From: an uncultured bacterium
GTDB taxonomy: Bacteria > Pseudomonadota > Gammaproteobacteria > Burkholderiales > Burkholderiaceae_C
Direction: 5' to 3'
Length of the DNA stretch: 64,000 bases
NCBI GenBank assembly: GCA_903928495.1
Contig: CAIYQZ010000059.1
Location: 17,210-81,209, forward strand
The notes beneath the pieces are model-generated. The model was not told where the DNA came from. It saw nothing but the letters and a program-made list of their open reading frames with translations, and made no database searches. The translations under genes and the position numbers were made by a program. Positions 38,806 through 46,314 of this stretch are shown here, in pieces. Position 1 is the first letter of the stretch, and each line of letters opens with the position of its first letter.

Positions 38806-40317
38806 TCAGTCTTCCACAAACGCTTCTTCGCGCTTTTTCTTGATGGAAGGCAACATCACGATCACCAGCAGCAACAGGGCAAACGCCAGCAGCGTGGCCG
38901 ACAGGGGGCGTGTGACAAACACGCTCCAGTCGCCCCGCGACAACAGCAGCGCACGGCGCAGGTTTTCTTCCATCATGGGGCCCAGAATGAACCCCAGCAG
39001 CAGCGGCGCGGGTTCCAGCCCCAGCTTGATGAAGGTGTAGCCCACAGCACCAAAGCCTGCCACCATCCACACGTCAAACGTGTTGTTGTTGGTGGAGTAA
39101 ACACCAATCGCACAGAACAGCACGATGGCCGGGAACAGCCAGCGATAGGGCACGGTCAGCAGCTTGATCCAGATGCCGATGAGCGGCAGGTTCAGGATGA
39201 TCAGCATCAGGTTGCCGATCCACATGGAGGCAATCAGCCCCCAGAACAGCTCGGGATTGCTGGTCATCACCTGGGGGCCAGGCTGGATGTTGTGGATGGT
39301 CATGGCACCCACCATCAGCGCCATCACGGCGTTGGGCGGGATGCCCAGCGTCAGCAGCGGAATGAACGATGTTTGCGAACCTGCGTTGTTGGCAGCTTCA
39401 GGAGCAGCCACGCCACGGATGTTGCCCTGGCCGAACGGCACTTCACCGGGCTTGAGCTTCGTCTTTTTCTCTATGGTGTAGGCAGCAAAGGCCGACAACA
39501 GCGCACCGCCGCCGGGCAGGATGCCCAAGGCAGAACCCAACGCAGTGCCGCGCAGCACGGCGGGCACCATGTTCTTGAAGTCTTCCTTGGTGGGCATGAG
39601 GCCCTGCACGTTGCCCGTGAACACTTCGCGCTTCTCTTCACCTTGTGCCAGGTTGCTGATGATCTCGCCGTAGCCGAACACACCCATGGCGATCACCACG
39701 AAGCTGATGCCGTCGGACAGTTCAGGGATGTCGAATGTGAAACGTGGCACACCGGAGTTCACGTCGGTACCCACCATGCCCAGCAACAGACCCAGCACGA
39801 TCATGCCCAGAGCCTTGAGCAGCGAACCCGAAGCCAGCACCACCGCACCAATGAGGCCCAAAATCATCAGCGAGAAGTACTCGGCCGGGCCAAACTTGAA
39901 CGCCACCTCGGTCAGCGGTGCAGCGAAGGCCGCCAGAATCAGCGTGCCCACGCAACCGGCAAAGAACGAACCCATGCCAGCAGCCGCCAACGCTGGGCCT
40001 GCACGGCCTTTGCGGGCCATCTGGTAACCGTCGATCACGGTCACCACGGACGACGATTCACCCGGCAGGTTCACCAGAATGGCGGTGGTGGAGCCGCCGT
40101 ATTGCGCCCCGTAGTAAATGCCAGCCAGCATGATCAGCGCGGCCACGGGGGGCAGCGCGTAGGTGGCGGGCAGCAGCATGGCAATGGTGGCTACGGGGCC
40201 AATGCCCGGCAACACACCAATCAGCGTGCCCAGCAAACAGCCAATGAAGGCGTACATGAGGTTTTGGGCCGTGAAGGCCACGCCAAAACCCAACGCAAGG
40301 TTGTCAAACAGTTCCAT
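38806..40317 (-). CDS. tctA: tripartite tricarboxylate transporter, large permease
   Basis: MELFDNLALGF...GVLPGIGP...YGGSTTAILVN are canonical TctA motifs. 503 aa. Confidence 0.93.
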   Translation of the reverse strand: MELFDNLALGFGVAFTAQNLMYAFIGCLLGTLIGVLPGIGPVATIAMLLPATYALPPVAALIMLAGIYYGAQYGGSTTAILVNLPGESSSVVTVIDGYQMARKGRAGPALAAAGMGSFFAGCVGTLILAAFAAPLTEVAFKFGPAEYFSLMILGLIGAVVLASGSLLKALGMIVLGLLLGMVGTDVNSGVPRFTFDIPELSDGISFVVIAMGVFGYGEIISNLAQGEEKREVFTGNVQGLMPTKEDFKNMVPAVLRGTALGSALGILPGGGALLSAFAAYTIEKKTKLKPGEVPFGQGNIRGVAAPEAANNAGSQTSFIPLLTLGIPPNAVMALMVGAMTIHNIQPGPQVMTSNPELFWGLIASMWIGNLMLIILNLPLIGIWIKLLTVPYRWLFPAIVLFCAIGVYSTNNNTFDVWMVAGFGAVGYTFIKLGLEPAPLLLGFILGPMMEENLRRALLLSRGDWSVFVTRPLSATLLAFALLLLVIVMLPSIKKKREEAFVED

Positions 40318-40329
40318 GGTGAGCTTTCT

Positions 40330-40818
40330 TTAACCGGTGATGAAGGAGGGCCACACCGGGAACTGCAGTGCCAGCAGTTTGACGAAGGCCAGGTAACTGC
40401 CCACAGACAGGATGGTCGCCAGCACCAGCACCTCTTTCAGATTGAATGTTTCGGCTGCAAGGCTGGCAATCAAGGTCAGAGCAAAAATGCCGACCACCAG
40501 ACCGAAACCCGGCAAGCCGATGGCAGGCACACCCACCAGAAGCGCGCCGAATGTGATGTTGGCACCCAGCACGTACGCCAGTGGCTTGAAAGCCCATTTG
40601 CCAATGGGGTCTCCATCAGGGTGCCCCTTGATGAGAGATTGCAGAATCACCACCGCCCCCATCAGAGCCAGAATGATGCCCAGCATCAGCGGGAAATAGC
40701 CGGGCCCCATGCGGGCGGCATCGCCCACCTGGTAAGTGCTTGCGCCGTACGCAAACGCCCCACCCACAACGGTGAACAGCAGTCCACCAAAAAAGTCTTT
40801 CTGATTTTTCACCAGCAC
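40330..40818 (-). CDS. tctB: tripartite tricarboxylate transporter, small permease
   Basis: Four-TM 162-aa protein directly upstream of tctA. The GTG start is preceded by AGGAGA. Confidence 0.8.
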   Translation of the reverse strand: MLVKNQKDFFGGLLFTVVGGAFAYGASTYQVGDAARMGPGYFPLMLGIILALMGAVVILQSLIKGHPDGDPIGKWAFKPLAYVLGANITFGALLVGVPAIGLPGFGLVVGIFALTLIASLAAETFNLKEVLVLATILSVGSYLAFVKLLALQFPVWPSFITG

Positions 40819-40919
40819 AGGAAATCTCCTCGAACGTTGGAACGACGAGATTCTGCGCCCGGGTTCCCATGCCCCGGGTGTGGATTACACATACCGGCAG
40901 CCTAGGGTTTACCCTTGAA

Positions 40920-41663
40920 TCAGTCTTTGGGGCTGGACAGCCGTGCCTCGTCCAGCACGCGGTAGGCCCGGCCTTGGCGGTCCATGGGTTCGAGCAGCCC
41001 TTCGCGAATGAAGGCATTGAGCGTGCGGCTGACAGTCTCCAGTTTGAGGTCGAGCATGGCCCCCATGTCCTCGCGCGAGAACAGCATGACCACCCCTGAC
41101 TCGGCAGGCGCACCAGGCAACGCTGACCCCGCCACGGCATGGGCCCGCATTTTGAGCACCAGCCCGCCCAGCCGTTGGCGGGCATTGCCAAAGTTCAGGT
41201 CCGCCAACCAGTCGTCGGCCTCTTTCAGGCTCTGATGCCACTTGCCCATCAGGCGCTGGTGCAAGCGCGGTGTTTCCTGGTTCAGGCGTTGGATCACCTC
41301 TACTGGCAGACGGCACACCTTGACGCCGGTCAGTGCCACAGCCTCGCATTCGTAAGTGCTGGAAAACAAGGCCTCCAGGCCCAGCACGTCGCCAGAGCGC
41401 AGCACACGCACGATGCGCTGGCGGCCATCGGGCATGTTGCGCACCAGCTTGACCATGCCCACGCGCAGCGTCATGAGGCTGGACGCCGGGTCTCCCATGC
41501 GCTGCAAGCTGTCGCCAGCGCTGAATTCAAGGTCGTCAATGGGTGCATGGATGAGGCCGAAGTCTTCTTCCTTCAGATCGGCAAACAGAACCATGTCCCG
41601 AATGCCGCAGTTGCGGCAATCTGCAGTGCCACGCCAAGCTGAATCGGTTTTGATGGGAATCAT
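40920..41663 (-). CDS. Crp/Fnr family transcriptional regulator
   Basis: N-terminal CRNC cysteines, a cNMP-binding-like barrel, and a C-terminal HTH (ETVSRTLNAF). ATG at 41663. Confidence 0.85.
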   Translation of the reverse strand: MIPIKTDSAWRGTADCRNCGIRDMVLFADLKEEDFGLIHAPIDDLEFSAGDSLQRMGDPASSLMTLRVGMVKLVRNMPDGRQRIVRVLRSGDVLGLEALFSSTYECEAVALTGVKVCRLPVEVIQRLNQETPRLHQRLMGKWHQSLKEADDWLADLNFGNARQRLGGLVLKMRAHAVAGSALPGAPAESGVVMLFSREDMGAMLDLKLETVSRTLNAFIREGLLEPMDRQGRAYRVLDEARLSSPKD

Positions 41664-41710
41664 GTCAATCGAGGTGTGAAAACGGACTGGCCGCAGGCGA
41701 CGCCCATGGC

Positions 41711-41724
41711 ATGACAAACGTCAA
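41711..41724. promoter_or_regulatory. candidate FNR/Anr-type box
   Basis: aTGAC-aaac-GTCAA palindrome about 50 nt upstream of the Crp/Fnr gene start. It is close to TTGAT-N4-ATCAA class sites. Confidence 0.35.
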
Positions 41725-41787
41725 AAATATACACCCCAGGGAATCCCCCTGTGAGGCACCATGGCGTGAGACTCGCGGTGAGCGGGT

Positions 41788-43041
41788 TCAATGACCTGAG
41801 GGCACGTCCAGATCAGGCACAGACACTGCGATGTCTGGTGGGGCCGCGTCGTATTGCGCCACGCGAATGCGCCCACCGCCTTCGCGTTGTGCCCGCCGAA
41901 CCGCCTGCCCACAGAAATCAAGCAGGGTTTCAGACGGCATGCTTTCGTCCTCACGCCCGCCCACACCAATGCTCAGAGTGAGGTTGACCGACTGCCCGTT
42001 CCACAACAGGGGATTGGCCTTGACCGCCGCCTGCGTGCGCTCGGCCACCAACATGGCGCCCATGATGGGCGTGGCGGGCAAAAACATGAGCAGTTCGGCG
42101 TTCATGGAGCGCCCCAGCCGGTCGGTTTTGCGCAGGCCGCGCCCGAGAACACCCGTGACGTGGCGCAAGGCCGCATCACCGGCAGCAAACCCCAACTGTT
42201 TGTTCAACGCATGGAACTGGTCCACTTCGCAGACCAGCAGCGACTGGGGCTGGGGGGTGCGGCGCAGCCGGTCGCGCTCGGCGTTCAGCAAGGCCATGAA
42301 CGAGCGGATGTTGAGTGCGCCGGTGAGTTCGTCTTCGGTGTTGAGTTCGCGAATTTTGTCGACCAGCTTGAGCAACAGCAGGCCTGCCAGGCCCCCGTTC
42401 AGCAGCCCCCAGGCAGCCAGCAGCAACAGCAACTGCCAGTCGGTCATGGCCGAGAAGTGGCTGCTACCCGCCGCCGTGTGGGTCTGGGCGTACGCCCCCA
42501 GCCAGCCATGCACCAGGGTGCCCACCATGCCCGCCAGCCAGAGAAGTGCTGCCCCGGCCAACGGCGCCAGACTCCAACGTGCCACTCGCACTCCGCCCTG
42601 GGCCATCATCGACGGGAACGCCTGCTGAACGGTGACGCTGAGCACCCACAGCGATGCGCTGAAAAAGGCCAACCACGGCCCCGTGCCCGCGCCATCCAGC
42701 CAGGCCACACCCACCATGAGAACGGCCAGCGCGGGCAACATGAGCGGGGACAACACATAAGTGGGCTTGAGATCGTGCAAGGTCTGCAATCCACTGCACA
42801 GCCACTGAAGGGCAGCGAGCATCAGCACCAGCCCCAGCGCCAGCCGGTACGCAGCGGGCAAGGGTTCGAGCAACGCCCAGGGCCACCAGCTCAGACCGGC
42901 CAGGAGCACCCACCCATTGAAACCGGCGAAGTGCCGGGAGGCGCGGCTGAAAATGCGCAGTGGCCCAGCGGTCAGCGCCCAGCCCAAAACGGCCAGGGCT
43001 GCGCCCAACGTGAGGGCGTAAACCCACACCAGGCTGGTCAT
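41788..43041 (-). CDS. membrane diguanylate cyclase (multi-TM N-terminus, GGDEF)
   Basis: About 7 TM helices followed by a GGDEF domain with a variant GGRED active-site motif and RLGRS. Confidence 0.8.
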   Translation of the reverse strand: MTSLVWVYALTLGAALAVLGWALTAGPLRIFSRASRHFAGFNGWVLLAGLSWWPWALLEPLPAAYRLALGLVLMLAALQWLCSGLQTLHDLKPTYVLSPLMLPALAVLMVGVAWLDGAGTGPWLAFFSASLWVLSVTVQQAFPSMMAQGGVRVARWSLAPLAGAALLWLAGMVGTLVHGWLGAYAQTHTAAGSSHFSAMTDWQLLLLLAAWGLLNGGLAGLLLLKLVDKIRELNTEDELTGALNIRSFMALLNAERDRLRRTPQPQSLLVCEVDQFHALNKQLGFAAGDAALRHVTGVLGRGLRKTDRLGRSMNAELLMFLPATPIMGAMLVAERTQAAVKANPLLWNGQSVNLTLSIGVGGREDESMPSETLLDFCGQAVRRAQREGGGRIRVAQYDAAPPDIAVSVPDLDVPSGH

Positions 43042-43109
43042 GAGGAAACTTTCAGATGGGCTTGCACAGTGGTCGCTAGCTTACCAAGGCCGCAGGCCGG
43101 CCTTCAAGC

Positions 43110-44897
43110 TCAAAACAAGGGTGGTGTGCAAGCCAGCACCTCGTCCAGCGTGGTCAGCCCTTCGGCCACCTTGAGCGCACCGGCCACGCGCAGGGGACGC
43201 ATGCCATCGGCCACGGCCTGCCGACGCAATGCGTCCATGCTGGGCTCGCGGTTGACCTTGTCTTTGAACGCCTCTGTGGTGACCATCAGCTCATACAGAC
43301 CCATCCGGCCTTTGAATCCTGTCATGCGGCAGTCAATGCACCCCACCGCCTTGTAAGGGCTGTAGTTGCCACTGGCTTGCCAGGGCTTGATGACTTCGTC
43401 CAGCGAAGACCGACTGGCCTCGGTATCGGGCACCTTGCACAGTGGGCACAGCGTGCGCACCAGCCGCTGCCCCAGCACGCCCAGCACGGTGGCATTGATC
43501 AGGTAGGGCGCCACACCCAGCTCCATCAAACGCATGATGGCACTCGGGGCATCGTTGGTGTGCAGCGTGGAGAACACCAGGTGGCCGGTCAGCGCGGCCT
43601 GAACAGCCATGTCTGCCGTGGCCAGGTCGCGGATCTCGCCCACCATCAGAATGTCAGGGTCCTGGCGCATCAGCGCCCGCAGGCCCTGGGCAAAGTCAAA
43701 GTCCAGGTGGGTTTGCACCTGCGTCTGGTTGAAGGCCGGCTCGATCATCTCGATGGGGTCTTCAATGGTGTTGACATTCACCTCTTCGGTGGCCAGGCGC
43801 TTGAGGGTAGAATAGAGCGTGGTGGTTTTGCCCGAACCGGTGGGCCCCGTGACCAGAATGATGCCGTGAGGGCGCTTGACCAGTGCCTCCCAGCGGCGGG
43901 CGTCGTGCGCCGAGAAACCCAGCGCATCCAGGTTCTTGACGGTGGTGTCGGGGTCGAAAATGCGCATCACCATCTTTTCGCCAAAGGCGGTGGGCAGGGT
44001 AGACAGCCGCATTTCCACTTCGTCGCCACGCGGATTCTTGGTTTTGATGCGGCCGTCCTGAGGACGGCGTTTTTCCACCACGTCCATGCGGCCTAACAGT
44101 TTGATGCGCGCGGTCATGGCCGCCAGCACCGCTCCGGGCAACTGGTACACCGGGTGCAGCACCCCGTCGATGCGGAACCGGATCACCCCCTGCTCACGCC
44201 TAGGCTCCAAATGAATGTCGCTGGCCCGCTGGTCAAAGGCGTACTGCCACAGCCAGTCCACCACCTGCACCACGCCCTGGTCGTTGGCGTCGAGCGTGCG
44301 GTTGCTGCGCCCCAGTTCCACCAGTTGCTCGAAGCTGGCCTGGGTGCCACCACCTGCTTTCACTGCAGCCCTGACCGACTTGGCCAGCGCGTAGAACTCT
44401 CCGGTGTAGCGCTTGATGTCGAGCGGGTTGGCCACCACCAGCCGAACGGTGCGGCGGGTCTGGCGCTCTACCTCGGGCACCCAGTCGGTCAGACCCGGTT
44501 CCGACGTGGCCACCACCACCTCGGCAGGACCGACCTGCACGGGCAGCACCTTGTGGCGCTCGGCATACGGGGCAGACATGGCCTCGGCCACACGGCCCAC
44601 GTCCACCTTGAGAGGGTCGATGCGCACAAAGGGCAGGCCCAGGTGACTGGCCAGCCATTCGCTCAGCGCATCCAGGCTCAGGGTGACACCGTCACTCTCG
44701 CGCACCATGCCCACCACACTCAGGCGCTGAAGCGGCGGTTGGGCACTTTGCGCGGCCGAGCAGCGGGCCACCGTGCGTTCGGCCTCGGCAGCGGAAATCA
44801 CGCCGTCATCGGCCAGCCAGCCGACCAGTTGTTGCCATTCCAGCGGGCCCTGAAGGCGAACGGGAGCTTTGTGAACAGCTGCTTCAGTGCGTTTCAA
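43110..44897 (-). CDS. GspE/PulE family secretion ATPase (T2SS/T4P type), stand-alone
   Basis: T2SSE_N-like N-terminus, Walker A GPTGSGKTT, Asp box, Walker B, His box, and a tetracysteine (CPLC...CIDC). TTG start at 44897. No other secretion genes are nearby. Confidence 0.88.
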   Translation of the reverse strand: MKRTEAAVHKAPVRLQGPLEWQQLVGWLADDGVISAAEAERTVARCSAAQSAQPPLQRLSVVGMVRESDGVTLSLDALSEWLASHLGLPFVRIDPLKVDVGRVAEAMSAPYAERHKVLPVQVGPAEVVVATSEPGLTDWVPEVERQTRRTVRLVVANPLDIKRYTGEFYALAKSVRAAVKAGGGTQASFEQLVELGRSNRTLDANDQGVVQVVDWLWQYAFDQRASDIHLEPRREQGVIRFRIDGVLHPVYQLPGAVLAAMTARIKLLGRMDVVEKRRPQDGRIKTKNPRGDEVEMRLSTLPTAFGEKMVMRIFDPDTTVKNLDALGFSAHDARRWEALVKRPHGIILVTGPTGSGKTTTLYSTLKRLATEEVNVNTIEDPIEMIEPAFNQTQVQTHLDFDFAQGLRALMRQDPDILMVGEIRDLATADMAVQAALTGHLVFSTLHTNDAPSAIMRLMELGVAPYLINATVLGVLGQRLVRTLCPLCKVPDTEASRSSLDEVIKPWQASGNYSPYKAVGCIDCRMTGFKGRMGLYELMVTTEAFKDKVNREPSMDALRRQAVADGMRPLRVAGALKVAEGLTTLDEVLACTPPLF

Positions 44898-44966
44898 GTT
44901 GCAAAGTCTCTGGGTGGACAGGCTGAAGTGCAGCCCGACATAGGTGATGTGAATGAAAAGCGCACG

Positions 44967-45215
44967 TCAGGCAGACAAAACAACCCGCTGGGTCAGGTCG
45001 GGCGTGCCAGCCAGCAGCCCAGCCACTGAAAGGTCTTCGTCCAGTACATCCCAATGCAAGCCACTGCGGCTCAATTCAACTTGAGCCAGTTGCTCGGGGC
45101 TGGCATGCAACAGACGGGGGAACCAAGCCAACGGGACAGAAATTTTTCGTCCATCTGACAGGGTGACGGTCATGCTGTCTTCGTCGAACGAGACATTTTC
45201 AGGCGAAATACTCAT
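44967..45215 (-). CDS. DUF2442 family protein (putative antitoxin-like partner)
   Basis: MSISPENVSFDEDSMTVTLSDGRKISVPLAWFPRL is typical of DUF2442. AAGGAG lies 5 nt upstream of the ATG at 45215. Confidence 0.7.
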   Translation of the reverse strand: MSISPENVSFDEDSMTVTLSDGRKISVPLAWFPRLLHASPEQLAQVELSRSGLHWDVLDEDLSVAGLLAGTPDLTQRVVLSA

Positions 45216-45441
45216 TCCAGCTCCTTTCAATCAACGCTCGGTGCGTCTCAACCGCATTTTGCAGCTCACGCAAGGTTCGCGCATCCAGACCGCTGCTGCC
45301 GGCCAGGCTGATGGACGGGGCCATCCAAAACTTGGCCTCGCCCTGTGGGCTACGCACATGAATATGCATGGCTTCACGAGGGTTGCCCTCGTTGGAATAG
45401 AAGAAAAACCGGAAGTTTTTGTATCGGAACACAACGGGCAT
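45199..45441 (-). CDS. DUF4160 family protein (putative toxin-like partner)
   Basis: FRFFFYSNEGNPREAMHIHVRSPQGEAKFW is the DUF4160 signature. 80 aa. Confidence 0.75.
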   Translation of the reverse strand: MPVVFRYKNFRFFFYSNEGNPREAMHIHVRSPQGEAKFWMAPSISLAGSSGLDARTLRELQNAVETHRALIERSWNEYFA

Positions 45442-45444
45442 GCG

Positions 45445-46314
45445 TCAGCCTCCTCTTGCAATCGGGTAGATGTCCTGGACAGCGGCCCAATGTTCACGGA
45501 GTAAGCAGCCAAACTCCGCATGTGCATTGACGGCTGCTGCGTGGCTTGGTACCAAAGCATTCAACACAGTGGACAGGCGCAACGGTGGTTCGTCGTGCAT
45601 ATGCACGGTCCACTTTCCGTTCCCTCTGACCAAGTGCGCTTGGCTCCACACCCCTTGTTCAAGGTACGGAGGGATTCGGTGCATGAACCGATCTCTGTAT
45701 GAAAACACCGGGTCCAAGTCTCGGTTTTGGGGATAGATGGTTTCAATGGCTGCTCTCAATCGGGGGGTCGCCTCCCAACGCTCGACCGCGCTCCACATTT
45801 CATTCCATTTGGGCGCCTGATGGCTGTCTCTGGAACGTGATGAGAGCTCCGACCCGGGCGGTGACAACAACACATCCATCTCGTGGTGGGTTCTCCAAAC
45901 GGCAAATGCGAAGCGGCTTTTCAGCGCCATGGGCAGATTCAATGCATGGTGTGCCAATGGCAACACCACTTCCGCCAAAAGAGCCAACCGCGCTTCTGCA
46001 CTTTCGGCACCGTCCAAAGATGCCTGCCACGCCTTCAATCTGTCCAGGCAATAACCGAAGTCATTGACCTCGTTGGTCAACCGGTACCAGTGGGTCTCTG
46101 ACGTTTCCCCCCACGCATCGGCCATCGTGTCCATGGTCAGGTGACGTGAGACCGGTGCGTGAAAGGGCACTTGTGGACGCCTGACCTCTGCGGGTAGTTG
46201 ATGCAGCGCGCTGCGATACCGCGCCTGCCCAGCGCCAAGCGATGCATCCCATTTGGGGTCTGCGGGGTCAACTTCACCAAGCAAATGCTTTGCTTGTTCA
46301 GTCTCGGAGCTCAT
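45445..46314 (-). CDS. hypothetical protein (289 aa) with R-x4-H motif
   Basis: The ATG overlaps the stop of the MmeI-like gene (ATGA at 46311-46314). The region is AT-richer than its neighbours. RDRFMH lies at aa 207-212 (nt 45679-45696). No family recognised. Confidence 0.7.
   Translation of the reverse strand: MSSETEQAKHLLGEVDPADPKWDASLGAGQARYRSALHQLPAEVRRPQVPFHAPVSRHLTMDTMADAWGETSETHWYRLTNEVNDFGYCLDRLKAWQASLDGAESAEARLALLAEVVLPLAHHALNLPMALKSRFAFAVWRTHHEMDVLLSPPGSELSSRSRDSHQAPKWNEMWSAVERWEATPRLRAAIETIYPQNRDLDPVFSYRDRFMHRIPPYLEQGVWSQAHLVRGNGKWTVHMHDEPPLRLSTVLNALVPSHAAAVNAHAEFGCLLREHWAAVQDIYPIARGG

Noticed and set aside
38254-40905. 883-aa plus-strand ORF
   Set aside because: It is antisense to tctA/tctB, which have unmistakable family motifs. 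The translation is R/H/Q/G-rich low-complexity sequence, typical of shadow ORFs in high-GC DNA.
46236-46256. CAAGCGATGCATCCCATTTGG in the 289-aa ORF, resembling the 3' half of motif copy B
   Set aside because: Only the 3' half matches. The nearest TAG-type 5' half is about 40 nt away rather than about 20. It may be a remnant or chance.
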